A stretch of DNA of 64,000 bases, taken from contig JANMQV010000152.1 in assembly GCA_031370645.1 (NCBI GenBank), positions 32,001 through 96,000 of the forward strand, read 5' to 3'. Positions 1-9,409 of the stretch are shown here, in pieces. This stretch comes from Candidatus Eiseniibacteriota bacterium (GTDB lineage: Bacteria > Eisenbacteria > RBG-16-71-46 > SZUA-252). The position numbers and the translations under genes were made by a program. A model generated the notes under the pieces. The model worked only from the letters and a program-made list of their open reading frames with translations, searched no databases and had not been told where the DNA came from. How positions within the stretch are numbered: position 1 is the stretch's first letter; every line of letters begins with the position of its first letter.

Positions 1-1107
1 GTGGAAGAGTTTTTCCCAGACGATGATCCGCACGAGGCCGATCGTGGCGAGAATCGATCCGAGGCCCAACCCCGCGAAGAACTCCCGCTGCACCACGCGC
101 CACCAGTCGCGAAGCTTCACTTCGCCGAGCGCCATGGCGCGGATGACGAGGGTCGTCGCCTGACCGCCCGAATTTCCGCCGCTCGAGATCACGAGCGGAA
201 CGAAGAGCGCGAGCACCACCGCGCGGGCGATCTCCGCCTCGAAGTGCCCCATGGCGACAGCGGTGAGGCTCTCGCCGAGGAATAGGACCGAGAGCCATCC
301 GGCGCGCTTCTTGATCATCTCGAACAGACCCACCTGGAGATAGGGAGCCTCGAGAGCTACCGTACCGCCCATCTTCTGGATGTCTTCGGTGGCTTCTTCG
401 CGAACGACGTCGACGACGTCGTCGAGGGTGACGATCCCCTTCATTTTTCCTTCGGCGTCGACGACCGGGATGGCGAGGAGACGGTAGGTGGAGAAGAGCC
501 GGCTCACGTCCTCCTGATCCATCGCTTCCGGGACGGTGACGACATCCGACGCCATGACCTCCTGCACCAATTGCCCCGGCTTCGCCGTGAAGAGCTCTCG
601 GTACGAGACGACGCCGAGAAGTTTCTGCTCCTGATCGAGCACGTAGGCGTAGGGGAGCGATTGCGTCCCTTCCGCGGCCTGGCGGCGGAGGTAGGTGATC
701 GCTTCATCGACGGTGATGTCGGGGCGAACGCGCGCGTAGCGCGGATTCATCAATCCGCCGGCGTCATCCTCGGCGTAGGCGAGAAGAGCTCCGACGTCGC
801 GGCGGGTCGGCTCGTCCAACTGGGCGAGGAGTCCTTCGCGCTCGTGGTGCGACACCTCCTGCACCAAGTCGGCGGCGTCGTCGGGGGCGAGGAGACGGAA
901 CCAGGAACGGCGCTCCGCGGGCGGGAGTCCAAGGATGAGATCGGCCTGGTCCCGCGCCGAGAGTCCGAGGAAGAAGTCCTCCGCGTCCGTGCGTTCGAGC
1001 GCGCGAAACGCCTCCAGGCGATCGTCGGAGACGAGAAGCGACCACGCGTCCTGGAGGTCTTCGAGCGAGAGCTGCTCGGGTGCTTCCGGGTCCACCGAAG
1101 GCGGCAT
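1..1107 (-). CDS. mgtE: Magnesium transporter MgtE (3' end runs off the window)
   Basis: Translated by hand because it is absent from the ORF track. ATG at 1107 with GGAGA upstream. MgtE_N region (LAPDDAADLVQE...AYAEDDAGGLM), CBS pair (AYVLDQEQKLLGVVS; AIPVVDAEGKMKGIVTLDDVVD), EEATEDIQKMGG, KRAGWL and the transmembrane motif PLVISSGGNSGGQATT. Confidence 0.95.
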   Translation of the reverse strand, partial: MPPSVDPEAPEQLSLEDLQDAWSLLVSDDRLEAFRALERTDAEDFFLGLSARDQADLILGLPPAERRSWFRLLAPDDAADLVQEVSHHEREGLLAQLDEPTRRDVGALLAYAEDDAGGLMNPRYARVRPDITVDEAITYLRRQAAEGTQSLPYAYVLDQEQKLLGVVSYRELFTAKPGQLVQEVMASDVVTVPEAMDQEDVSRLFSTYRLLAIPVVDAEGKMKGIVTLDDVVDVVREEATEDIQKMGGTVALEAPYLQVGLFEMIKKRAGWLSVLFLGESLTAVAMGHFEAEIARAVVLALFVPLVISSGGNSGGQATTLVIRAMALGEVKLRDWWRVVQREFFAGLGLGSILATIGLVRIIVWEKLFH

Positions 1108-1169
1108 GCGATCGAGTCTCCAACGGGGAGTGGGACGCGAGGCGGCACGATCGGCGCCGCGTGTCGGCC

Positions 1170-1199
1170 ATGCTACGCCGCGCGGGGGCGGAACGGCAA
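1170..1199 (-). promoter_or_regulatory. Putative sigma70 promoter of mgtE
   Basis: Minus strand TTGCCG-18 nt-TAGCAT, about 60 nt upstream of the mgtE start. Confidence 0.5.
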
Positions 1200-1213
1200 G
1201 CGCGGCGGCTCCG

Positions 1214-1480
1214 GGGGGCGTTCTCTGCGACGTGCTCCCTCCCGACATCGACGGGGCGGACGCGCTTTGCCGGTTTCGCGCGCTCGATCCGGAATTGCCG
1301 ATCATCACCATGACAACATTCGGGACGGTCGAGATGGCGATTCGCGCGCTGGACGAGGGCGCGTTCGATTGCGTCCGGAAGCCCTTCGCGATCGAGGCGG
1401 TGCGAAATTACGTCGCGCGCGGCGACGTTCTTGGTGTTGCCGCGGGGGTCGCTCTACCGCATGTTGGAGCGGTTCAAGGC
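1214..1480 (+). pseudogene. Degraded response-regulator relic (receiver fragment plus Fis-type HTH)
   Basis: One frame gives VLCDVLPPDIDGADALCRFRALDPELPIITMTTFGTVEMAIRALDEGAFDCVRKPF (C-terminal two thirds of a receiver domain). A shifted frame immediately after gives ITSRAATFLVLPRGSLYRMLERFK (Fis/HTH_8-like). No credible start and no AAA+ domain. Confidence 0.6.
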
Positions 1481-1725
1481 GGAGGCAGCGGATCGGGCCA
1501 ATCTAGCGCATTGGCCCATTTCACTAACTTAGGTAACCCATTCGGATTACGCCGCTTAGACGGATTGATCCCGTTGAGAGACCAAGGAGAGCGTGCCGAA
1601 ATGCTCAACCCGACCGACAACTCGATCCGTAGTTCGCTCCCTTGGCTCTCGAGGTCGCGGTCGTCAGCGAGGATTGCCCCCCACATCTCGCGCCGGCCCC
1701 TCCCGAGAGCCTTTTCTTATCTCCG

Positions 1726-1755
1726 TGGACAACCGCGCCGGCACGTCCCTAAACT
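1726..1755 (+). promoter_or_regulatory. Putative sigma70 promoter, near-leaderless, for the PPIase gene
   Basis: TGGACA-18 nt-TAAACT, 9 nt before GTG 1765; no Shine-Dalgarno. Confidence 0.45.
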
Positions 1756-1764
1756 CACTTCCCC

Positions 1765-4700
1765 GTGATCTCGCTCGACACTCGCTCCTGGAGCGCCGCC
1801 ATCGCCCCCATTCGTCGTGCCGTTTCGTCCGTCGCGCTTCTATTCCTCACGCTGCAATTCAATCCCGCACCGCAACTCTTCGCGCAGGGTGCGGCCGCCA
1901 CCCAGGCAGCGGCGCCTCCGGCGGCAGGCACGCCCGTACCGGGCCTCGAGGTGCTCGGCATCGTCGACGGAATTCCGATTCATCAGTTCGAGTGGGATCG
2001 GCTGGCGACGCCCTATTACCGTGAAGTCGAAGGGGAAGCGGGAAGAAAACTCACGGCGGACGAGCAGCGCCTTCTTCGCGAAAACGTCCTGCATGAATTG
2101 ATTCGCGAGCGACTCTGGCTCGCCGACGGGCGGCGGCGGGGCATGACCGTGCCGGACGCTGAAGTCGACGCCCGCATGAAACAGAGCCAGTTCTTCAAGA
2201 CGAACGGCCGCCTGGACGAAGGGAAATTTCTCGCCTTCAAGCGATCGCCCGCCTCGAACTACCCGGAACTCCGCGCCCAGCTCGCCATGGGTCTCCTCTT
2301 GGAACAGTACACACGATGGATGGAGCGGCGATTCGGTCCGCGCGACACCGAATTGAAGCAGGCGTATCGGGAGCGGACGTCGCTCGCGACGATCCGCTTC
2401 CTCCACCTCGGGCCCGATGCCGTCTCCCTCGACCCCGAGGCGACGGAAGCGGAAATTCGTGCTTACTACGACGAGCATCCGGCGGAATTCCAGGCGCCCG
2501 CCGAAGCGCGCATCCAGTACGTGAAGATCCAGCAGCCCGTCCCCGAGCCGGCCGCGGCCGACACTTCGCGGGACGCGGCGGCGCAGGCATCGCTTCGCGC
2601 GGGAAAGGAATTGCTCGCGGCCATCCAAGCGGGGGCGCCACCGGAGACGGCCGCGCGCATCCACGGAGGGTTCCACGACAGCGGGAATTTCCGCGTGGGG
2701 GATCCGATTCGCGGGCTCGGCCGGAGCGACCTCTTGACCGACGCCGTGAGCGGCACTGAGGCCGGCGCGTGGATCAAGGAGCCTATTCGGATCGGCGGTT
2801 TCCATGTCGTTGCCCGCGTCGTCGAGAAGAAGAGTTCACGCGCGGTTCCATTCAGGGAGTCGGTCGCCCTCGCGAAGCGCCGCGCCGACGCGGCGAAGCG
2901 CGACGAATTCATCGATTCGCTGGCGCGCGCGGAGGTGACGCGGCGTTCCGACGAGTACAAGCATCCACGACTGGTCGCGACGGTCCTCGCCCGCCCGCTC
3001 GCGGCGTTCGAGGATCCGAAACCGATCGCCGCGAAGGAGATCAAGACGGCGCTCGACCGAGCGCGGAAGGCCGCGCGCGTGAGCGACACGGCGCGCGTCT
3101 GGCTCGATTCCGTTCGAACCACGCTTCCCGCACTTCTCGCGGCCGATCGCCGCGCGGCCTCGGCCGCGAAGGCGATGCGCGACGTGGCGGCGGACCTCCG
3201 CCGCGGCGACCGGGGTGACGATGTCGCGGCGCGGCGGCTGGCGACCCTCTCCCGCCTCGGGCTCTGGAAAGGGGAACCGCCGGCGCGCGCCGGTCTTGCC
3301 GAGGGCGCGTTCCTCGATTCGCTCTACGCGCTTCGGGCCGGCGGCGTCGTCGGGCCGCGCGTCGCGCGCGATTCGATCTTCGTCGCCCGCGTCGATTCGA
3401 TCGACCTCACGTTCGTGCCGCCCTACGAGGCGCTTCGCCAAGAGGCTCGCGCCGCCGCGATCCAGTCGAGCCACCTGAAAGCGGAGCGGGACGCGGAGGC
3501 GTGGTTCGCGGATCGCCGCGAGAAATACCTCACGCCTCCGAAGTACGTGATCGATCTCGTCACCTTCCCGTCGAAATCGAAGAGTGATACGACGCTCGTG
3601 CTGGAGGATTCGGTCGCCGCGTACCACGTGGCCCATCCGCTCGAATTCACGGAGCCGGCGAGGATCCGCGTTCGTCACATTCTCGTCTCGGCGCGCTCTG
3701 CCGACTCGCCGCGCGTGAAGGAGGAAGCGAAGGCGAAGGCCGTGGCGCTCCGCGCGCGGCTCCGGAAGGGCGAGGACTTCGCCGCCGTGGCGCGCGAGGC
3801 ATCGGACGACAAGGGATCGGCGTCGCGCGGCGGCGACCTCGGCGAACTCCTTCGGAGCCAGTTGGTCCCCGAATTCGCGAACGCCGCCTTCGCGCTTCCC
3901 CCAGGAGAAGTGAGCGAGCCGGTGCTGACCCCCTTCGGCTATCACCTAATCCGCGTCGACGAGCGAACTCCCGAACGGCTTCGCCCGCTCGAGGAGTGCC
4001 GGTCGGAGATCCGAAAATTTCTTTCGGAACAGTGGGCCGACACGCTCGCTCGGCGGGGCGCCGAGGCGCTCATCGAGGCGGCGCGCGACAGCGCCTCGTT
4101 CGCCGCGCTCTCCGCACCGGCGGGAGGCGTGCATCGTTTTGGCCCCGTCGGGAACAACGACCGCCTGGGCGAGATTGGGCCGGTCCTGGGGGTGAGCGAG
4201 TGGCTCGCCCCGGTCGCGGAGGGGACGATCACGCCGGAGCCGCTTTTCACGCAGGAGGGATATCTCGTCGCGCGAAAGTTGCGTGAGATCGCGGCGACGC
4301 GGGCCCCGTTCGCCGACGTGCGCGACAAGGTCGTCGCGGACTACCAGATCAGCCGAAGACGCGCCATCGCCGACTCGCTCGCGAACCACGTTCGCGAAGC
4401 GCTCGCGGCCGGCGCCGACCTCGACTCGCTCGCCGTTCCGTTCGGCGGACTCCGGATGAGCCGCCCCTTCGGCCGCTCGGGGCCGATTCCCGAATTCGCG
4501 CGCGACGCCTCGCTCGGACGCGACTCGCTCTACCTCGAGCGCGTCTTCGCCTCGAAGCCGGGCGCGGCGCTGCCGCCGCTCTCGGGCTCGAGCGGCACGC
4601 TCTTCGCGCTTCTCGAGTCGATCGTGGACCCTCCCGCCGCCGAGTTCTCGAAGCGGCGGGACGAGCTCCGTCGCGAATTGCTCGAGCAGCGGACCGCCGC

Positions 4701-4773
4701 GTGGACCGAGCGGCTCCGTTCGCGCGCGGTCGTCACGATCCGCCGCGCCGATTTGAAAGTTCTCCTCCACTGA
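1765..4773 (+). CDS. Large periplasmic parvulin-type peptidyl-prolyl isomerase/chaperone (PpiD/SurA-like)
   Basis: N-terminal signal/anchor, SurA_N-like region (LHELIRERLWLADGRRRGMTVPDAEVD) and a canonical rotamase domain (VRHILV...GEDFAAVAREASDDKGSASRGGDLG...VPEFANAAF...GEVSEPVLTPFGYHLI). Confidence 0.85.
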   Translation: MISLDTRSWSAAIAPIRRAVSSVALLFLTLQFNPAPQLFAQGAAATQAAAPPAAGTPVPGLEVLGIVDGIPIHQFEWDRLATPYYREVEGEAGRKLTADEQRLLRENVLHELIRERLWLADGRRRGMTVPDAEVDARMKQSQFFKTNGRLDEGKFLAFKRSPASNYPELRAQLAMGLLLEQYTRWMERRFGPRDTELKQAYRERTSLATIRFLHLGPDAVSLDPEATEAEIRAYYDEHPAEFQAPAEARIQYVKIQQPVPEPAAADTSRDAAAQASLRAGKELLAAIQAGAPPETAARIHGGFHDSGNFRVGDPIRGLGRSDLLTDAVSGTEAGAWIKEPIRIGGFHVVARVVEKKSSRAVPFRESVALAKRRADAAKRDEFIDSLARAEVTRRSDEYKHPRLVATVLARPLAAFEDPKPIAAKEIKTALDRARKAARVSDTARVWLDSVRTTLPALLAADRRAASAAKAMRDVAADLRRGDRGDDVAARRLATLSRLGLWKGEPPARAGLAEGAFLDSLYALRAGGVVGPRVARDSIFVARVDSIDLTFVPPYEALRQEARAAAIQSSHLKAERDAEAWFADRREKYLTPPKYVIDLVTFPSKSKSDTTLVLEDSVAAYHVAHPLEFTEPARIRVRHILVSARSADSPRVKEEAKAKAVALRARLRKGEDFAAVAREASDDKGSASRGGDLGELLRSQLVPEFANAAFALPPGEVSEPVLTPFGYHLIRVDERTPERLRPLEECRSEIRKFLSEQWADTLARRGAEALIEAARDSASFAALSAPAGGVHRFGPVGNNDRLGEIGPVLGVSEWLAPVAEGTITPEPLFTQEGYLVARKLREIAATRAPFADVRDKVVADYQISRRRAIADSLANHVREALAAGADLDSLAVPFGGLRMSRPFGRSGPIPEFARDASLGRDSLYLERVFASKPGAALPPLSGSSGTLFALLESIVDPPAAEFSKRRDELRRELLEQRTAAWTERLRSRAVVTIRRADLKVLLH

Positions 4774-4782
4774 GTTTTCCGC

Positions 4783-4811
4783 TTGCGGCGCTTTCCACCC
4801 GCGCCTAGCAT
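4783..4811 (+). promoter_or_regulatory. Putative sigma70 promoter of radC
   Basis: TTGCGG-17 nt-TAGCAT; the leader contains an AAGGAG SD before ATG 4859. Confidence 0.5.
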
Positions 4812-4858
4812 CCGGTTGCCCCGCTTCACCCCCGCGGCCCGGCTCGGAAGGAGAACCG

Positions 4859-5548
4859 ATGACCGGGACCCACGCACCGACGATTCAAAGCCGAGACGAA
4901 CAGGAGCGACCGCGAGAGCGGCTTCTCGAGTGGGGCGCCGCGGCGCTCACGGATGTCGACCTCCTGGCGGCCATCCTCGGCACCGGGACGTCTGGCGCCG
5001 ACGTGCTCGAGACCGCCGGACGTCTGGCGCGCTCCGTCAACATCCGGCGGCTCCACTTGGTGCCGGCCGAAGACCTGCTCGCCGTGCGCGGCCTCGGTCC
5101 GGCCCGCGCCGCCCAGCTCCTCGCGGCCGCCGAATTGGGGCGGCGTCTCTGGCCCGACGGGGAAGCGGCGCCGCTCGTCCGCGGACCCGAACAGATCTAC
5201 GAATTGACCCGCGACATTCGTACGGCGAATCGAGAGCATTTCGTCGGCTTCTATCTGAACTCGCGCCATCAGGTACTCCGCCGCGATATCATCTCGATTG
5301 GAAGTCTGAACGCGAGCATCGTTCATCCGCGCGAGGTCTACCTGCCGGCGATCGCGCTTTCGGCGGCGAGTCTCGTTCTCGCGCACAACCACCCTTCGGG
5401 GGATCCGACCCCCAGCGAGGAAGACTTGGCCATCACGCGGCGCCTGCACGAAGCGGGGCGGCTCCTCGGCATCGAACTCGTCGATCACGTCGTCGTCGCG
5501 CGCGACGCCTATGCGTCGTTTCGAGAGCGGAAGCTGCTCCGCGGATGA
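4859..5548 (+). CDS. radC: RadC family JAB-domain protein
   Basis: ERPRERLL...LLAAILGTG N-terminus, helix-hairpin-helix (VRGLGPARA), IGSLNASIVHPREV and JAB motif HNHPSGDPTPSEED...LVDHVVV. Confidence 0.95.
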   Translation: MTGTHAPTIQSRDEQERPRERLLEWGAAALTDVDLLAAILGTGTSGADVLETAGRLARSVNIRRLHLVPAEDLLAVRGLGPARAAQLLAAAELGRRLWPDGEAAPLVRGPEQIYELTRDIRTANREHFVGFYLNSRHQVLRRDIISIGSLNASIVHPREVYLPAIALSAASLVLAHNHPSGDPTPSEEDLAITRRLHEAGRLLGIELVDHVVVARDAYASFRERKLLRG

Positions 5549-6573
5549 AACGTTCGGCGCCATTCGTGCTCCACGCGCTTCTCGTGACGCACCTCGCGGT
5601 GCTTCTCGGCGCGTTGACCGGCTGCGGAGGGAGCGCGACTTCCTCCGGAACGCGGGCGGAGATCGACGACGGCGCGCCTCCCTCGTTCCTGGTCGCGAGC
5701 GCCGACACGGCACTCGCATCGGGCGACCCCGAAGGGGCACGCCGTCTCCTCCTCCGGGCCGAGAAGGCCGCGCCCGAGAGCGCCTTCGTCCATCTCGGTT
5801 TCGGACGCCTGCTGACGGCGCTCCGCCGCTACAAGGACGCCAAGGAATCGTTCGAGCGGGCGGCAGCGCTCGACCGGACGAGCCCCGAGCCGGCCTATTG
5901 GCTCGGCAGGGCCTACCAACAATCGGGCGACCTCGCGGCGGCGGCCGAGGCGTACGGGGTCGCGCTTCGGCTCGATCCGAATCACCGCGCGGCGGCCGCG
6001 GCGCTCGCGCCGATCTTGGGTGCCCGCTTCGAGGCGGCCGGCATTCCGGGCGAGTACGCCCTCCTCCGCGACCGGTCGACGCTCACGCGTGGCGAGATGG
6101 CGGTCGTGCTCGCCGTGGAATTGGGGGCCGACCCCGATCGCGCCGCGTGGCGGTCGGATGCTTCACATCCCGAGGCAAATGAAGAACTCGCCACGGCGTG
6201 GGGCGCGAAATGGGCCAAAGCAGCGGCGTCGCGCGAATGGATCACGCCCTTCGCCGACGGAAGCTTCCATCTCGACGATCCGGTGACGCGCGCGGCTCTC
6301 GCGTTAGCGCTCCTTTCCGTCGAACGCCGGTGGGGGATCGCCACCGGCGCGGCGCCGCCCGAGACGACGACGGTCGCCTTTCCCGATGTCGGTCCGCGCC
6401 ACTATCTCTACCGCGCGGCCACGAGAGCGACCCTCGCCGGGCTACCACGGAGGGGCGAAACGGGCCGGTTCGAGCCATGGGCCTCGGCCACAGGAGTCGA
6501 AATGATGGAGGCGATTCGTGGTCTGGCGCGCCGTCTGGGGGCAAGTCCGGTCGTTTCGTCGGAACAGCGTTAG
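5545..6573 (+). CDS. Lipoprotein with TPR repeats and C-terminal S-layer homology (SLH)-like repeats
   Basis: ATGA overlap with the radC stop; lipobox LTGC; TPRs (VHLGFGRLLTALRRYKDAKESFERAAALD; AYWLGRAYQQSGDLAAAAEAYGVALRLDP); SLH-like TRGEMAV, FADGSFHLDDPVTRAALA and FPDVGPRHYLYRA. Confidence 0.75.
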   Translation: MKRSAPFVLHALLVTHLAVLLGALTGCGGSATSSGTRAEIDDGAPPSFLVASADTALASGDPEGARRLLLRAEKAAPESAFVHLGFGRLLTALRRYKDAKESFERAAALDRTSPEPAYWLGRAYQQSGDLAAAAEAYGVALRLDPNHRAAAAALAPILGARFEAAGIPGEYALLRDRSTLTRGEMAVVLAVELGADPDRAAWRSDASHPEANEELATAWGAKWAKAAASREWITPFADGSFHLDDPVTRAALALALLSVERRWGIATGAAPPETTTVAFPDVGPRHYLYRAATRATLAGLPRRGETGRFEPWASATGVEMMEAIRGLARRLGASPVVSSEQR

Positions 6574-6580
6574 TTCCCGG

Positions 6581-6589
6581 TGGTAAAAT
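6581..6589 (+). promoter_or_regulatory. Extended -10 promoter (TGn-TAAAAT), leaderless geometry
   Basis: TGG-TAAAAT ends 6 nt before ATG 6596. Confidence 0.55.
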
Positions 6590-6595
6590 AGAAGG

Positions 6596-9370
6596 ATGAC
6601 CCATTCCACGGGCCGGCTTTTCGCGGTCCTGATCTGCTTCCTTGCCGCCATCGCGACGGTTCCCACGTTTGCCGCCGCCGCTCCGCGTGCGCTCGACGCC
6701 CGCTCGGAGGGGGACGTGACGCCGCTTCGAGTCCTTCGGGCCCCCCACGGCGCGCCCCGCGTCTATGCTTCCGGCGATACGATCACGATCTACAGCGCCA
6801 GTTTGGAGACCCTCTCCAGTCCGGGGAACGAGGGAGGGTGGACCCACATCGACATGTCGGGCCAGCCGACCGCGTGGCATATCGCGCCCGATCTCTCCTG
6901 CGAAGGGAATTCGTTCTGGTGCGGCGTCACCAACCCCGCTTGGACCGGAGATCTCGACCAGAAGGGGTACGACAACGGCTGGACGCAGGAGGCATCGAAC
7001 TACGTCGATCTCACCGGAGCGTTCTCCCCCGTGAAGATCGGCTTCAAGCACCGTCTGAACGTGGAATCGGGATACGATTTCGGCCGCTTCGAGGTGCTCG
7101 ACCCGGACGAGGGGTGGGTGACCCTCGGTTCCTTCACCGGCGTCGTCGATCCGCCCGGCGCCGCGGCGTGCGACACCTTCTCGGTCCAAATTCCCGACTC
7201 CATCATCGCCAAGGGTGCGATCGTTCCATTCCGCTTCTCGTTCCTCTCCGATGTCTCGGGCTCCTCCGCCGACGGCCTCTATCCGAACGGAGCAGGTTGG
7301 TCGCTCGACAACGTGACGGTGGTGGCGGGCATTTCGGACGTCCGCTTCTTCGACGACTTCGAGGCGGGCATCGGCACCTGGAGCGTCAGCACCTTCCCGC
7401 CGGTCGGCGACACGTGGCGTCTCGTGACGAACGGCGCCACCGAACAACTCTGCTCCACGAACATGACGAAGGTCTGGACCGCGGCGAGTCCCACGTCGGG
7501 AGCCCTTCTGCCGCGCGCCTTCGATATTCTCCAGAGTCCGGCGATCGCCATGAGCGCGCCCGATCAGGTGTTCCTCTCGTTCGACGTCTTTCGCAATCTC
7601 CCGCTTCCCGCCTGCTTCTATTACAACATCACCTTCCGCGAGCGGAAGACGACCGATCTCGATTGGTCGCCCTGGATCGACCCGAGCGGGGTCCTCTATT
7701 TCGGAAACGAGAAGGAGTGGCTTCGTCAGACGATCCCCCTGGTGGGCGCCGGGGGGGCCGACTCGGTTCAATTCCGGCTCTCCATTCGCGATTTCGGGAA
7801 TCTCTACTGCGATGGGAGTTCGACCGCGACGGGCACGCTTCTACTTTTCGACAACCTCGAAATTCGCGTTGTCGGGCTGGCCGGTCCCTCCATCTCGACG
7901 ACGGAGGCGGATCTCTTCCAAGACACGTTCAAAACGACGCCATTCTTCGTGAACGACAACATCAACACACCGAAGGGGGACAGCCTCGTCGTCCGTGTCG
8001 CTGCCTCACGCGGCCTCAAGTCGACGTTTCTCCACTACAGCCTGAACGGCGCCGCCTTCACGGCGATACCGCTCGCGCCGACGGGCGCCTCCGCCTTGCA
8101 TGCCTTCCAGGCGGACGTCCCCGCGGGCACCTACCCGCGCGGGAGCGTCGTCCGCTACTACATCGGTGCTACCGATTCGCTCGACGAGGTCGTGACGCTC
8201 CCGGCGGACGCGGTCGCCGCCTCGCACTATTTCTCGGTGTCGATTCTTCCCGCCATTCAGGCGGCGTCTGGAATCTGTACCGGCGATTCGGCGCGAATCC
8301 TTTACGTGAATTCGGAGGCGCCGCTCGACGGCACGCCGGGAATCGCGCAGGGGCTCGGCGCGCTCGGCACGCGCTTCGACCGCTACGACGTGAACGCCGC
8401 GGTATCGGGGCTCCGAAACGGGCTCGGGGGCGGCGACCCGCTCGACCCGAATCGGATCTGGCCCGCCACGCCGCTCTCCGCGATCGCCGGGTATTCGACC
8501 ATCATCTGGGACGTGGGAGATCGATCGAACTCCACGCTGACGGCACAGGATCAGGCGCTCCTTCAATCGTGGGCGGCGCTTGCGGGGCGGAATCGGAATC
8601 TCCTCCTGGCGGGGGACAACCTCGCGCTCGATCTCGTCGTGAACGGCACGGGCATACCGAACTTCCTCTCGTGCACCGCCGGCGCCACCTACATCCGCGA
8701 CGGCTGGGAAGGCGCGCCGCAAGACACGCTTCAGCCGATTGTTGTCGGCGCGCCGGGAACGAAACTCGCGCCCGATCCGTTCCCCCTCGACGGCGGTTGT
8801 CCCGGGCTCAACCAGTTCGACGTGCTGACCCCCTCCGTCTGCGCGGGCGGAACGGGGCGGAATTGGCTCCTCTATCCAAATCAACTCGGCGCTGCAGTCG
8901 AGCGTCGCGCGGCACTCGGCGCGCCCGGCGCGGACAGCGTGCGCGCCGTGACCGCGGGCTTCACGTTCGCGGCGATGCTCAGCCCCGCGCAGCGGAATCT
9001 TTTTCTCTGGCGGACGGTTCACGAGGAGTTCGAAGAACCTTATTGCTCGATTCCGACCGCCGTTCTTCCGACGCCTCCTTCGGCTTCGGCCGCGGCGGCG
9101 CGCCTCCTCGGAGCGGCGCCGAATCCGTTCAATCCGCAGACGAAGATTCGCTTCGAGCTCTCGCGAGGGGCGCGCGTGCGGCTCGCCATCTTCGACGTGA
9201 ACGGATCTCGTGTGCGGACGCTGCTCGACGCGCCGCGTCCCGCGGGGCACTACGAAATCGGCTGGGACGGACGCGACGAGCAGGGACGGAGTGTCGCCAC
9301 CGGCATGTATTTCTGCCGTTTGGAGGCTGGCGGGGCCTCTCAGGCGAGGAAGTTGACCCTCTTGCGCTAG
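6596..9370 (+). CDS. Secreted beta-rich protein with C-terminal FlgD-Ig/T9SS-like sorting domain
   Basis: Signal peptide; jelly-roll-like segments (ESGYDFGRFEV, FRFSFLSD...GWSLDNV); C-terminus PNPFNPQTKIRFELS...IFDVNGSRVRTL...WDGRDEQGRSVATGMYFCRL...KLTLLR. Confidence 0.85.
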   Translation: MTHSTGRLFAVLICFLAAIATVPTFAAAAPRALDARSEGDVTPLRVLRAPHGAPRVYASGDTITIYSASLETLSSPGNEGGWTHIDMSGQPTAWHIAPDLSCEGNSFWCGVTNPAWTGDLDQKGYDNGWTQEASNYVDLTGAFSPVKIGFKHRLNVESGYDFGRFEVLDPDEGWVTLGSFTGVVDPPGAAACDTFSVQIPDSIIAKGAIVPFRFSFLSDVSGSSADGLYPNGAGWSLDNVTVVAGISDVRFFDDFEAGIGTWSVSTFPPVGDTWRLVTNGATEQLCSTNMTKVWTAASPTSGALLPRAFDILQSPAIAMSAPDQVFLSFDVFRNLPLPACFYYNITFRERKTTDLDWSPWIDPSGVLYFGNEKEWLRQTIPLVGAGGADSVQFRLSIRDFGNLYCDGSSTATGTLLLFDNLEIRVVGLAGPSISTTEADLFQDTFKTTPFFVNDNINTPKGDSLVVRVAASRGLKSTFLHYSLNGAAFTAIPLAPTGASALHAFQADVPAGTYPRGSVVRYYIGATDSLDEVVTLPADAVAASHYFSVSILPAIQAASGICTGDSARILYVNSEAPLDGTPGIAQGLGALGTRFDRYDVNAAVSGLRNGLGGGDPLDPNRIWPATPLSAIAGYSTIIWDVGDRSNSTLTAQDQALLQSWAALAGRNRNLLLAGDNLALDLVVNGTGIPNFLSCTAGATYIRDGWEGAPQDTLQPIVVGAPGTKLAPDPFPLDGGCPGLNQFDVLTPSVCAGGTGRNWLLYPNQLGAAVERRAALGAPGADSVRAVTAGFTFAAMLSPAQRNLFLWRTVHEEFEEPYCSIPTAVLPTPPSASAAAARLLGAAPNPFNPQTKIRFELSRGARVRLAIFDVNGSRVRTLLDAPRPAGHYEIGWDGRDEQGRSVATGMYFCRLEAGGASQARKLTLLR

Positions 9371-9390
9371 GTCCGTTTCGGCCCTATTCT
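9362..9390 (+). promoter_or_regulatory. Putative sigma70 promoter of the rib operon
   Basis: TTGCGC-17 nt-TATTCT, about 20 nt upstream of the RFN aptamer. Confidence 0.6.
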
Positions 9391-9409
9391 TGTAGGTCAC
9401 AACTGCAGA

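Noticed and set aside
1108-1170. M-box (ykoK) Mg2+ riboswitch upstream of mgtE
   Set aside because: The predicted leader is only about 55 nt and shows no M-box consensus.
1480-1720. Lower-GC stretch with short ORFs (1474-1686 minus; 1601-1768 plus) as a possible sRNA or small gene
   Set aside because: No codon bias, recognisable motif or convincing structure, so a call cannot be supported.
4859-5548. radC as a marker of a mobile element or anti-defence island
   Set aside because: It is the full-length chromosomal form with an HhH region; there is no integrase, att site or compositional shift nearby.
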